A DNA stretch of 49,973 nt from an uncultured Candidatus Saccharibacteria bacterium (GTDB lineage Bacteria > Patescibacteriota > Doudnabacteria > UBA920 > O2-02-FULL-48-8): the NCBI GenBank assembly GCA_964580495.1, contig CAZOKE010000003.1:1-49973 (forward strand), in the 5' to 3' direction. The position numbers and the translations under genes were made by a program. This document shows, in pieces, positions 8,556 through 19,712 of the stretch (position 1 is its first letter; each line of letters opens with the position of its first letter). Below the pieces are notes generated by a model that saw only the letters and a list, made by a program, of their open reading frames with translations, searched no databases and was not told the DNA's origin.

Positions 8556-9620
8556 ATGGCTAACGACGGCCTGGATGTGATTCAGAGGAGTTTGCGTGCC
8601 CAGCTGCAGATAGTGCTAAACAATCTGCCGGACAATGAAAAACCGGCGAACTCGGATTTTTCGACGAGACGACTCACCTACGTGTTCAAGGAATTCTCGA
8701 TCAAACCAATCGAGAATCCCAACAACGTTTTTGAAGTCGATGTGGACGCTTTTGGCAGTCTGTTAAGCTCGCTTGGATTGATTGATAGCTCAATCCAAAA
8801 TCGTATCATGGATTGCATCGAAAAAGCGACCGAAAACAGTTCAACCAAATTCCAGTTCACACATATCGTCAGCTTCGGCCCCCGGCCGACACCGACGCCG
8901 ATCGAGGAGCCGGTCATCGCCAGACCTGCGGCGGTTGCAGAACCGACAAACTCAATACGAAAAGAAGCAGATCTGCTGCTTGCTGGTTTTGGAGTGATCC
9001 TTATCGTCGCCACTGTGTTTTTGTTCTGGAGGGCCAGGAACCTGCCATTCGCATGGATGCTCATGCTGCTTTTCCTGATCGCGGCGGGGCTTGCCTTTTT
9101 TGCTCGATCAAGAACAACAAAGACTCCTGCTGCTGCAGTGGCGGCAGTTGCATTCGTTCTGCTTCTGCTGCTTCCGGGCCTGCCGCCGCAGTGGTTTGCG
9201 GCCTTCAACCGACCCAGCATCGGATCGGGCAAAGACGTACTGCTGCCACTTAAGTCAAGATCTACTGTTGGAATTTCCCGCTTGCCCGAAGGATTGACAG
9301 GAAGACAGTTCAGCAGCGAGCCGGAAACTTTGGTTTCGCAACCGACTGTGGTTCCCGTCCCCGCCGCACCTGCAGGGCCAGTCATCACCGTAGCCGAAAA
9401 AGAAAGACTGGAAGCAGAAATCAGAAAACTGCAGGAGAAAGTAAAAACACTGTCTAAATCCAAGGCAGTGGTAGTCCAGCAACAGATCGCGCCGCCAGTG
9501 AAGGTCAAGAAAGCGGCTGTCGTTTCCAAGCCCCCAAGGAGGGTCCACAAACTGGAGTACTTCTACATGTGGGTGCCGAGAGAGAATCACCATTCGATCC
9601 CGGTCCAGCCCAACAAGTAG
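8556..9620 (+). CDS. hypothetical membrane protein (G+C-rich gene)
   Basis: Start reassigned to the ATG at 8556, with a GGAGG SD at 8546-8550. The protein has a soluble N-domain, a Pro-rich linker, about 3 TM helices and a C-terminal coiled coil (EKERLEAEIRKLQEKVK). A terminator follows. It is one of the few plus-strand genes. Confidence 0.65.
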   Translation: MANDGLDVIQRSLRAQLQIVLNNLPDNEKPANSDFSTRRLTYVFKEFSIKPIENPNNVFEVDVDAFGSLLSSLGLIDSSIQNRIMDCIEKATENSSTKFQFTHIVSFGPRPTPTPIEEPVIARPAAVAEPTNSIRKEADLLLAGFGVILIVATVFLFWRARNLPFAWMLMLLFLIAAGLAFFARSRTTKTPAAAVAAVAFVLLLLLPGLPPQWFAAFNRPSIGSGKDVLLPLKSRSTVGISRLPEGLTGRQFSSEPETLVSQPTVVPVPAAPAGPVITVAEKERLEAEIRKLQEKVKTLSKSKAVVVQQQIAPPVKVKKAAVVSKPPRRVHKLEYFYMWVPRENHHSIPVQPNK

Positions 9621-9642
9621 AGGTCCCAAATATTTCTACCTG

Positions 9643-9678
9643 CCGCAGACGAGTCCACAAACTCGCCTGCGGTTTTTT
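9643..9678 (+). terminator. rho-independent terminator
   Basis: CCGCAGaCGAGT-ccacaa-ACTCGcCTGCGG followed by TTTTTT. Confidence 0.7.
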
Positions 9679-9679
9679 C

Positions 9680-9708
9680 TTGATTTAATTCCCAACCAGT
9701 GGTATAAT
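9680..9708 (+). promoter_or_regulatory. promoter of the tRNA cluster (TTGATT-17-TGgTATAAT, extended -10)
   Basis: Hexamers at 9680-9685 and 9703-9708 with a TG at -14/-15. Confidence 0.55.
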
Positions 9709-9772
9709 CTCTAAAGCTTACAGGATTTCGATTCCAAGGTGACATACGGAAATCCGAACCTGTTTTAATTTC

Positions 9773-9849
9773 GCCTGGGTAGCTCAGTTGGTTAGAGCGA
9801 AGGACTCATAAGCCTTAGGTCGGCAGTTCGACTCTGCCCCCAGGCACCA
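9773..9849 (+). tRNA. tRNA-Met or tRNA-Ile2 (anticodon CAT, elongator type)
   Basis: 77-nt cloverleaf: GCCTGGG/CCCAGGC acceptor, loop CTCATAA, T-loop TTCGACT, CCA encoded. It has no initiator hallmarks. Confidence 0.88.
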
Positions 9850-9971
9850 AGTTGAATCTATAAAGTGAGGACAGGAATTTTTGAGGACAATGCCGAAGGC
9901 TTTCCAATGCCTGAGGCTTTAGTCCGCATCAGCGGACGTGTCCGAAAAAATTACTGCCCGAACGACGACAT

Positions 9972-10046
9972 CGCGGGGTAGAGAAATGGCATCTCGCAAG
10001 GCTCATAACCTTGAGATTGGCGGTTCGAGTCCGCCCCCCGCAACCA
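9972..10046 (+). tRNA. initiator tRNA-fMet (anticodon CAT)
   Basis: 75-nt cloverleaf with a C1.A72 mismatch and an A11:U24 pair (bacterial initiator hallmarks). Loop CTCATAA, CCA encoded. Only two G:C pairs close the anticodon stem. Confidence 0.82.
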
Positions 10047-10050
10047 AGAA

Positions 10051-10128
10051 GCTCGCTTAGTGTAGCCCGGTTAACACGTCTCCCTGTCACGGAGAAGACC
10101 ACGGGTTCAAATCCCGTAGCGAGCGCCA
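10051..10128 (+). tRNA. tRNA-Asp (anticodon GTC)
   Basis: 78-nt cloverleaf: GCTCGCT/AGCGAGC acceptor, loop CTGTCAC, T-loop TTCAAAT, CCA encoded. Confidence 0.9.
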
Positions 10129-10135
10129 GAACAAA

Positions 10136-10166
10136 GAACTCCAGTACAAGCTGGTGTTTTTTGTTG
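10136..10166 (+). terminator. weak terminator after the tRNA cluster
   Basis: CtCCAG-tacaag-CTGGtG followed by TTTTTT. Confidence 0.45.
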
Positions 10167-10174
10167 CCAAAATT

Positions 10175-10202
10175 AAACGCCTCACATAAGTGCGAGGCGT
10201 TT
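10175..10202. terminator. 9-bp hairpin (AAACGCCTC/GAGGCGTTT), probable terminator for minus-strand transcription
   Basis: Perfect 9-bp stem with a 10-nt loop. It sits just downstream of the tiny ORF at 10211-10252 and of cca. Confidence 0.4.
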
Positions 10203-10402
10203 AAAAGAAACTATCGGCGCTTCTTCTTTGAAGCTTTTTTCTTCTTAGCCATTTTGTGCCAGAAGCTCCTTGTGCCTTACAGTCAAAAAATTTTTTAGAT
10301 TTCTTGCCGCAAGACTTATAATTTTTTCTTTTCTTTCACTCCAATAACGGAGATCAAGGCAAATTGCTTACACATCAAGCGTAAACTATATTGCTAACTA
10401 TG

Positions 10403-11800
10403 TCAAGTGTTTTTTGCAAATTTTTTAAGAAAATTTTTTGCGTCAACCAAATTTTTTATTTCACCATCAATAATTTTTATCTTCATCAGCTCCGAAATTT
10501 CTCCAATCCGCACACCCGGTGAAAGTTTTGTTTCACTAATGATAAATTTTCCATTGCTGAAACGCTCGATCAAGTTTTGGCGTTTCTGAATTTGATTCAA
10601 AAGGGATTTTGCTACAACAACCGATGCCGAGACCCGAGTGCCTGTTTTCCCATTTTCTAAAATTCTGCAATTGCCCAGCGAATCAGCAGCCCAAAGCTCC
10701 ACCAGTTTTGGAAAATCCGGATTTAGGGAATATTTAATCCGGTTCCGTTCCTTTGCGGCGCGGTAATTCAGCCTGTCGTCATGACGCAAAATCAGCCAAT
10801 CAACCAAATCCCGGCCCTGCTTGGAAAAAGGATATTTGGCGGCAAATTCGCGGAATATTCTGGCTGAAGCCGGCTGGTGTCCTGGAAAAGTATTGACCCA
10901 CTCCCCGTCTTTGAAGATTCTCCGGCCAGTGCTGATTTTCCCGATATCATGAAATAACGCGGCATAGAGCAAGTCCAAATCTTTTTTGGAATTTTCCAAA
11001 ACCAAAAGCGTATGGTCGTAGACGCTTCCTTCCAAATGATATTTTTTTGAATTATGAAAAACTTTCTTTAATTCCAAAAATTGCGGCAATACAAATTTCA
11101 GCAGCCCTACCGAATCCAGGAGTCTGATGCCATCTTCGGCGTTTGAAGTAAGTAAAATTTTATCCAGTTCCGACTTAATCCTCTCACCGGAAACTGTTTG
11201 AATGTATTTGGCGCGGGTTTTTATCGCCGCAAAAGTATTTTTTTCTAATTTAAAATCCAAAACTGTTGCCAGCCGCACTCCCCTAATCATCCTCAAAGCG
11301 TCTTCGTCTATCCGATCCTTGGGGTCGCCGACAAATCTCACGATTTTATTATTGACATCCTTTAAGCCGTTGACCGGATCAAATAGCTCGTGCGATACCG
11401 GGTTAAAGTAAATCGTGTTAATCGTAAAGTCGCGGCGCATGGCGTCGTCCAAATATTCCCGGATAAATTCCACTTGGTCAGGGTGGCGCCGATCGCTATA
11501 CTTTGATTCACGGCGGAAAGTGGTAATTTCGAGTTTTTGCCCTTTTACAATTGCCAAAATTGTCCCGAACTTTTTGCCGATTTGTTTGAAATAAATGTTT
11601 GCCTTTTTCAGGATTTTTTCCACTTCGTCAGGCAATGCGTCTGTGGCTATATCCAGATTATCGGAAAGCCTTTTAAGTATTTGATCGCGCACGGCGCCGC
11701 CTACAAAAAATCCCTGGAATTTATCCTTATTTAAAAGCTGGACAATTTTAAGTCCAGCTCTCTCCAAATCGGTTTTCAATTTCCAGTTCAGTTTCTGCAC
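10403..11800 (-). CDS. cca: CCA-adding enzyme / tRNA nucleotidyltransferase with HD domain
   Basis: 465 aa with head motif FFVGGAVRD...DLDIAT and an HD-type motif ALFHDIGK. Confidence 0.85.
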   Translation of the reverse strand: MQKLNWKLKTDLERAGLKIVQLLNKDKFQGFFVGGAVRDQILKRLSDNLDIATDALPDEVEKILKKANIYFKQIGKKFGTILAIVKGQKLEITTFRRESKYSDRRHPDQVEFIREYLDDAMRRDFTINTIYFNPVSHELFDPVNGLKDVNNKIVRFVGDPKDRIDEDALRMIRGVRLATVLDFKLEKNTFAAIKTRAKYIQTVSGERIKSELDKILLTSNAEDGIRLLDSVGLLKFVLPQFLELKKVFHNSKKYHLEGSVYDHTLLVLENSKKDLDLLYAALFHDIGKISTGRRIFKDGEWVNTFPGHQPASARIFREFAAKYPFSKQGRDLVDWLILRHDDRLNYRAAKERNRIKYSLNPDFPKLVELWAADSLGNCRILENGKTGTRVSASVVVAKSLLNQIQKRQNLIERFSNGKFIISETKLSPGVRIGEISELMKIKIIDGEIKNLVDAKNFLKKFAKNT

Positions 11801-11804
11801 AGAT

Positions 11805-12221
11805 TCAGATCACTTTTTTAAATGTAACTAGATCGCCGTCACCCAATAATGCCAGATAAGCTTCCACCAGTTTATCCGGATATTTGGAATGCACTACAGA
11901 AACCGCATGCCGCAGCCACATTTCTTGCTTCCCCAGCTCGTCATCGAGGCCGTTGAAGGACGATGAGCCGCCATAAGCTCCGCAGTCCTGATGGTTTATG
12001 AGAATAACGCGGTTTACGTCATGTTTGCTAAAAGCAATGTCGAAGTTGTCGAACACCCATTCCCGGATCGGCCCTTCTTCCACCACCATCTTCGCCCCGC
12101 CGCCCTGGGCCATGTGATCCACTGCGTATAAATTAAGTTCGTTTTCAAAAAAATCCTGCAGCGGCTTGCGGAAGCGGAAATCAATGCAGGTTAGGGCTAT
12201 AGCTTGTGCTTTGTGGGACAT
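11805..12221 (-). CDS. small beta-carbonic-anhydrase-like protein (CxDxR...HxxC motif pair)
   Basis: 138 aa. TCIDFR and NHQDCGAYGG are arranged like the beta-CA zinc site. The protein is shorter than typical beta-CAs, so the function is uncertain. Confidence 0.55.
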   Translation of the reverse strand: MSHKAQAIALTCIDFRFRKPLQDFFENELNLYAVDHMAQGGGAKMVVEEGPIREWVFDNFDIAFSKHDVNRVILINHQDCGAYGGSSSFNGLDDELGKQEMWLRHAVSVVHSKYPDKLVEAYLALLGDGDLVTFKKVI

Positions 12222-12261
12222 AAATTACTTGCACTGTTAATCGTGTACTCAAAAATTTTAC

Positions 12262-12308
12262 ACAAAAACAAAAAAGCTCGCAAGGACTTCTTGAAAGACT
12301 TGCGAGCT
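12262..12308 (-). terminator. rho-independent terminator
   Basis: The minus strand has AGCTCGCAAG, a 14-nt loop, CTTGCGAGC(T), then TTTTTTGTTTTT. Confidence 0.75.
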
Positions 12309-12315
12309 GGATAAA

Positions 12316-12921
12316 TCAGGCATGAAGCGCGTTAGAGATTTGCACCCGATCCGGATACATAAGCCGCAGACGCGCCATCGGGTGCGAATGGTATTCTTCC
12401 CACCTCTGGCGGCAAACGAACCACGTTTTTTTGCAGGTGCCGTTGTCGATATGGCAGAAGACGGCTACCTTCATTCCCGGCAGCTCGGACTTAATCCGCT
12501 GCTTCGCCGCGAATGCCTCGCTAATAATCTCGGCAAAGCTCATCGATGCGATCTCTGCGATGGCACAAGGCGCATGAACGTAGAGTGCTACCGTTTTGAT
12601 CTTCTTCTTTGCATGCACCAATGCCAAGTCATACATTAGGCCCGTGTCGTACCCGGGAGTGTCGACGTTGGTGCGCGAATTCGGCGCAAGCCGCAGCGCG
12701 CCACCGAGCGGCGCGGGCGGATGGATCCGATCCAGACAACCGGCCTTGACGATGTCTTCCTTGTGATAGCTGTATGCTTCTGGGTGCTGGTCTGGGTCAC
12801 CGCACATGACAATCGAGAGCCCCTCTTTGGGATCGAGGAGATGCGAATTGATCCCGTCCAGGACCCGAGCTTTTTTGTAATTTCCAATAAGCTCGAGATC
12901 GGCAGAAGTCAGCTGCGCCAT
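12316..12921 (-). CDS. hypothetical Cys-rich protein, possible divergent paralogue of the neighbouring CxDx(R/D)...HxxC protein
   Basis: Start moved to the ATG at 12921 (MAQLTSADLE), with an AAGGGGGA SD 4 nt upstream. Motifs are VMCGDPD and VHAPCAIAE. The gene is G+C-richer than its neighbours and has its own terminator. Confidence 0.65.
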   Translation of the reverse strand: MAQLTSADLELIGNYKKARVLDGINSHLLDPKEGLSIVMCGDPDQHPEAYSYHKEDIVKAGCLDRIHPPAPLGGALRLAPNSRTNVDTPGYDTGLMYDLALVHAKKKIKTVALYVHAPCAIAEIASMSFAEIISEAFAAKQRIKSELPGMKVAVFCHIDNGTCKKTWFVCRQRWEEYHSHPMARLRLMYPDRVQISNALHA

Positions 12922-13060
12922 GAAATCCCCCTTTGTGTTCGGAACGAAAAAACAAAACACACCATGTGTTCTGTTTTTGAATCAGGGCCAAATTCGGTTT
13001 GAGATCTAATTCAAAAGCAGAACTTAGAGATGGTAACAAATTATAAAGCCGCAGTCAAGA

Positions 13061-13474
13061 CTAATGCTTTTTTGACCGGTGCTTGTGCGCAACCTTGATC
13101 CGAGCCAGATTTTTTTGCAAAATAGCCGATGCGGGCAGGGGGTGCTCGGCAGCCGCGACGGATTTCATGAGGTCGCGCGCTTTCTGAGCGGCTTCGTGGG
13201 CGCGATCCAGGTCAATTTCATGCCCAAACTCGGCGGTATCTGCCAAGACCACGACTTCATTATTTTTTTTGATCTCGATGAACCCGCTTGAGACTGCAAA
13301 AAATTCCTCTTCATGGCCCTTTTTAAACCGCAATTCCCCAGCCACCAAATCCGAAACCAGCGGGACGTGATGAGGCAGTACCGTTATTTCACCCATTGTG
13401 GTCGGCAAAGTCACTGAATCAACTTCAGTTTCCACAACTACCCGCTCTGGTGTGACTATCTTAAAGTGAATCAT
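13061..13474 (-). CDS. atpC: F1 ATP synthase epsilon subunit
   Basis: MIHFKIVTPERVV...TMGEITVLPHHVPLVS is a typical epsilon N-terminus. I discarded the upstream GTG extension. Confidence 0.85.
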   Translation of the reverse strand: MIHFKIVTPERVVVETEVDSVTLPTTMGEITVLPHHVPLVSDLVAGELRFKKGHEEEFFAVSSGFIEIKKNNEVVVLADTAEFGHEIDLDRAHEAAQKARDLMKSVAAAEHPLPASAILQKNLARIKVAHKHRSKKH

Positions 13475-13534
13475 AAATTTAGCGATCAGCGTGAAGCGTT
13501 CAGCGTACAGAATCACTACGCTGCCCGCTGTACG

Positions 13535-15770
<2,236 letters not shown>

Positions 15771-15773
15771 ATA

Positions 15774-17270
15774 TTATGGTTGGTAAGTCTGGTTAAATTC
15801 TTCGATAGCCTTTTTTAAATCCGGCGCGATTTCGGCAAAATCTTTAATTTCTGGAATTTTTTCCAGCAAACTCTTGAACTGCACATCCAAAAACCTATGG
15901 AACTTGCTTTCATAATCTTTTACCTTTTCAACCGGGACATCATTGAGATAGCCGTTTGTCACCGCATACACGATGGCGGTTTGGTGCGCCACCGACATAG
16001 GCTGGTATTGGTTTTGCTTGAGCACTTCGGTAATTCTCCTTCCCAAATCGATGCGGGATTTAGTCTGCGGATCCAAGTCAGAGGCAAACTGAGCATTGGC
16101 TGCCAGTTCGCGAAATTGCGCCATATCCAAGCGGAGCTTACCAGCAACTTTTTTTATAGCTTTGGTTTGCGCTGCAGATCCCACGCGGGAAACGGAAATG
16201 CCTACGTTCAGAGCCGGGCGGATGCCTTGATAAAACAAATCTGTTTCCAAATAAATCTGCCCATCAGTAATTGAAATGACATTGGTTGGAATGTAGGCTG
16301 ATACATCTCCGGCTTGCGTCTCAATAATCGGCAGAGCGGTCAGTGAGCCAGCTTTGTGGGCATCATCCATTTTTGCCGCGCGCTCCAAAAGGCGCGAGTG
16401 AAGGTAAAAAACATCCCCAGGATAAGCTTCGCGTCCCGGCGGGCGTCGCAGCAGCAAGGAAATCTCCCGGTAAGCTACGGCGTGCTTGGACAGATCATCA
16501 TAAACTATCAAGGCGTGTTTGCCTTGGTCCATAAAGTATTCCCCCATGGCACAGCCGGCAAAAGGAGCAATATAAGAAAGCGAAGCCGGATCAGCAGCGC
16601 CTGCAACAACCAAAATCGTATGTTCCATAGCGCCGTGTTTTTCCAGTTCAGCTTTGATGCGGGCGACTTTTGATTCTTTCTGCCCGATCGCGACATAAAT
16701 GCATACCACATCCGTCCCCTTTTGATTGATTATAGTGTCGATAGCGATAGCGGTCTTGCCAGTTTGACGATCGCCAATTATAAGTTCGCGCTGGCCGCGG
16801 CCGATCGGAATCATTGTATCGATAGCTTTGATTCCAGTCTGCAGAGGCTCGCGCACTCCTTGGCGTTCAATAACTCCCGGTGCAATCTTTTCTACAGGGT
16901 AAACCATTGCCGATTTTACTGGGCCCTTATTATCAATTGGTTCTCCCAATGGATTCACTACGCGACCGATCAAACCCTCGCCTACCGGCACGGACAGGAT
17001 CCGCCCGGTGGGTTTGACTAAATCTCCTTGTTTCAAGTGATGATATTCTCCGAGCAAAATTGCACCTACCGAATCTTCTTCCAAATTTAGCGCAACCCCT
17101 AAGGTGCCTCCTGGGAACTCCAACATTTCCGACGATTTGACGTTCGACAATCCGGAAATTCTGGCAATGCCGTCTCCCACAGACAAAATCTGTCCGACTG
17201 TTTCGACTTTTGCTTTTGATTCAAACTTATCTATTTTTGCACGGAGCTGTGCCAGGACGTTGTTCGCCAT
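15774..17270 (-). CDS. atpA: F1 ATP synthase alpha subunit
   Basis: 498 aa with Walker A GDRQTGKT and a conserved alpha core. Confidence 0.97.
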   Translation of the reverse strand: MANNVLAQLRAKIDKFESKAKVETVGQILSVGDGIARISGLSNVKSSEMLEFPGGTLGVALNLEEDSVGAILLGEYHHLKQGDLVKPTGRILSVPVGEGLIGRVVNPLGEPIDNKGPVKSAMVYPVEKIAPGVIERQGVREPLQTGIKAIDTMIPIGRGQRELIIGDRQTGKTAIAIDTIINQKGTDVVCIYVAIGQKESKVARIKAELEKHGAMEHTILVVAGAADPASLSYIAPFAGCAMGEYFMDQGKHALIVYDDLSKHAVAYREISLLLRRPPGREAYPGDVFYLHSRLLERAAKMDDAHKAGSLTALPIIETQAGDVSAYIPTNVISITDGQIYLETDLFYQGIRPALNVGISVSRVGSAAQTKAIKKVAGKLRLDMAQFRELAANAQFASDLDPQTKSRIDLGRRITEVLKQNQYQPMSVAHQTAIVYAVTNGYLNDVPVEKVKDYESKFHRFLDVQFKSLLEKIPEIKDFAEIAPDLKKAIEEFNQTYQP

Positions 17271-17274
17271 ATAA

Positions 17275-17673
17275 TTATTCGCTTAATTCATCTTTTAATT
17301 CTTCTAACTGCTTTTTCACGGAAGCGTCTATGAGTTGGTCATCGAGACGAACCACCACCCCACCAATAAGCTTCTCGTCAATCTTTTTCTTGATCTCCAC
17401 ATCCCCTTTTACGATCTTGTTCAGCTCCTGGATGATGTCTCGCTCGTTTTCTTTGCTTAACGGGTGAGCTGTGGTGACTTCCGCAAGTTTCGCGCCTTTT
17501 TTAGCCAGCTCCAGCTTATGGAACTCTTCCTCAATTTGCGGGAAAAGTTTGGTGTCGTTGTTTAATGCCAGAACCTCCACAAAATTATTCAGGACTAAAT
17601 CCACGTCTTTCGGGTCTGTGCCTTCTAGCGAGTCAAAAAGAGCTTGGGCGTATTGTTTGGCGTCAAACTTCAT
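17275..17673 (-). CDS. atpH: F1 ATP synthase delta (OSCP) subunit, unusually short
   Basis: 132 aa with the delta-like ends (YAQALFDS..., [18 protein letters not shown]). It sits between atpF and atpA. Confidence 0.8.
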   Translation of the reverse strand: MKFDAKQYAQALFDSLEGTDPKDVDLVLNNFVEVLALNNDTKLFPQIEEEFHKLELAKKGAKLAEVTTAHPLSKENERDIIQELNKIVKGDVEIKKKIDEKLIGGVVVRLDDQLIDASVKKQLEELKDELSE

Positions 17674-18209
17674 TTAATCTCCTTCAGCGTTTCAGTTATA
17701 AACTCCTGATCTTTCTTGTCATTGATCTTGGTTCGTAAAATCTTTTCTGAAGCCGCCACCACCAAGGTTGCAACTTCTTGGCGAATCTCTCTCATGGCAG
17801 AATCTTTTTCCTGCACCAAAGAAGCCTTGGTCTGCTCAATGAGCTTGCCGGCTTGGGCATGGGCTTCGGCAATAGTTTCGGCCTTCACCTTGTCTGCGGT
17901 TTCCGCAGCAGATTTGATGATCCTGTCCGCTTCCACCCTGGCTTTTTGCATTTCTTCTTTCTTCCAGACGTCAAATTCAGCCTTTTCTTTTTCCATCAAA
18001 TCGGCATTTTTTACTCCGGATTCAATTCTGGCCTGCCGCTCATTCAAAGCCTTGCCCAGAGGCTTGACTACCCACCTCCAGAAAATAAACAAAACAATGC
18101 TGAAATTGATCAGCTGAGCGATAAATAATTTCCAATTAATGCCCAAAGTTCCCAACACTCCTTGGTTTGCAGTTTCTTCCGCTGCCGAAATTATCAAATG
18201 ATGTATCAT
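17670..18209 (-). CDS. atpF: Fo ATP synthase subunit b
   Basis: 179 aa with one N-terminal TM helix and a long charged helix. Its operon position fits subunit b. Confidence 0.85.
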   Translation of the reverse strand: MIHHLIISAAEETANQGVLGTLGINWKLFIAQLINFSIVLFIFWRWVVKPLGKALNERQARIESGVKNADLMEKEKAEFDVWKKEEMQKARVEADRIIKSAAETADKVKAETIAEAHAQAGKLIEQTKASLVQEKDSAMREIRQEVATLVVAASEKILRTKINDKKDQEFITETLKEIK

Positions 18210-18266
18210 AAATGTTTTATTATAAGCACTGGATTGTCATCTTGTCGCCAAGATGACAAAAACTGC

Positions 18267-18497
<231 letters not shown>

Positions 18498-18591
18498 TCA
18501 TGCTCGACCGTTTAGGTTGGATTTAAGGTCGGCATTTGAATTAAGGGTACAAAAACGAAAACTTAATGACTTAAGTTTTCATCTCCAAACC

Positions 18592-19401
18592 CTAGTGGCT
18601 ATGGCCTTCATCCAGTAGCGGTTCAGTGGCCACTGTCAAATAAACCAAAGTCAACATAGCAAAGACTACTGCCTGGATCAACCCCACCAGAATCTCCAAA
18701 AGCATAAACGGCAGAGGCACAAATACGGCAATCAGGCCCGCCAGGACTGTCAGCAAGACTTCTCCCGCAAAAATATTGCCGAACAATCGAAGCGAGAGCG
18801 AAACCATTTTTGCGATTTCGGAAAATACTTCGATAAAACCGACAGCGAACTCAATGGCTGCTATGACTATTCCCATCGGGCCTTTTTTGAACGATCGGAC
18901 AAAATCACCGACTTTAATATATTTATTTCCATACTTCCAAAATCCGATCGCTACAACTCCCAAAATGTGGGAAGAGAGCACGGCGAACACAGCCATCGCT
19001 AAGGTTAAGTTCAGGTCAGAGTTCGCAGGCCTAAAAAGAGGAGCCAGTTCAACGCCGTGCCCGGTGGAAACAAATCTGCCGACGGAACCCGTGCCCGGGA
19101 TCAAGCTCATCCAGTTGGAGACTAGAATGAAAAGGAACAACCCGCCAACTATCGGCAAAAACTTCATGGAGCGTTCCCGGTCCTTGGTCACGCCATCCAC
19201 GTAGCCCAGCATAAATTCCAAAACTGACTCGCCAGCGTTCTGCAGTTTGCCTGGAATCATAGCTGTTTGTTTGCGCAAAAGCAGGCCAATAATTAAAAAC
19301 GCGATTACTGCAATCGTGGAGTTGATATAGGCATTGGTTACCGGGAACGATCCTATATAAAAAATCGGTTCGGCAACGAGAGGGGGAAGTCCCAAAATCA
19401 T
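18592..19401 (-). CDS. atpB: Fo ATP synthase subunit a
   Basis: 269 aa with LSLRLFGNIFAGE, which contains the essential Arg. Confidence 0.93.
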   Translation of the reverse strand: MILGLPPLVAEPIFYIGSFPVTNAYINSTIAVIAFLIIGLLLRKQTAMIPGKLQNAGESVLEFMLGYVDGVTKDRERSMKFLPIVGGLFLFILVSNWMSLIPGTGSVGRFVSTGHGVELAPLFRPANSDLNLTLAMAVFAVLSSHILGVVAIGFWKYGNKYIKVGDFVRSFKKGPMGIVIAAIEFAVGFIEVFSEIAKMVSLSLRLFGNIFAGEVLLTVLAGLIAVFVPLPFMLLEILVGLIQAVVFAMLTLVYLTVATEPLLDEGHSH

Positions 19402-19634
19402 TTAATGTATGCTTTCAATTTTTTTGTCATCCAGACCGTAGTGCACACTATCGCTATGACAATTCCAACCAAAGTGAGCCACGGATAGATCCCTAATTTA
19501 TGGTCGAGCCACTTACCAAGCAGTGCAAAGATCACCAAAGGCAGCGCAATAATAAACCCAAATTCGGTCGCCAAACTGATCATGCTCCATTTATTCATCT
19601 GCGGCTTATTTGGTTTCTCGTCGATTTCGGCCAT
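19398..19634 (-). CDS. AtpI/AtpZ-like small ATP synthase-associated membrane protein
   Basis: 78 aa with two TM helices. It overlaps the atpB start by 4 nt and is the first gene of the operon. Confidence 0.6.
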   Translation of the reverse strand: MAEIDEKPNKPQMNKWSMISLATEFGFIIALPLVIFALLGKWLDHKLGIYPWLTLVGIVIAIVCTTVWMTKKLKAYIK

Positions 19635-19655
19635 AAAAATTAAATTAACGCGGAA

Positions 19656-19684
19656 AGTATAATAAAAAATTGCCGATTTGGCAA
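19656..19684 (-). promoter_or_regulatory. putative atp operon promoter (TTGCCA-17-TATACT)
   Basis: Hexamers read on the minus strand. The -35 lies in the loop of the upstream terminator. Confidence 0.45.
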
Positions 19685-19699
19685 GTCTGGCAATTTTTA
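19664..19699 (-). terminator. terminator hairpin (AAAAATTGCC/GGCAATTTTT)
   Basis: 10-bp stem with a 14-nt loop and A/T runs on both sides. It lies downstream of the gene at 19713-20045. Confidence 0.6.
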
Positions 19700-19712
19700 G
19701 GTGTCTTGACTT

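Noticed and set aside
8678-9550. 290-codon minus-strand ORF antisense to the gene at 8556-9620
   Set aside because: The plus-strand frame has an SD, promoter-like hexamers, a terminator, TM helices and a coiled coil. The antisense product is low-complexity (Thr/Ser/Ala/Gly), and the open frame is a consequence of the local G+C richness.
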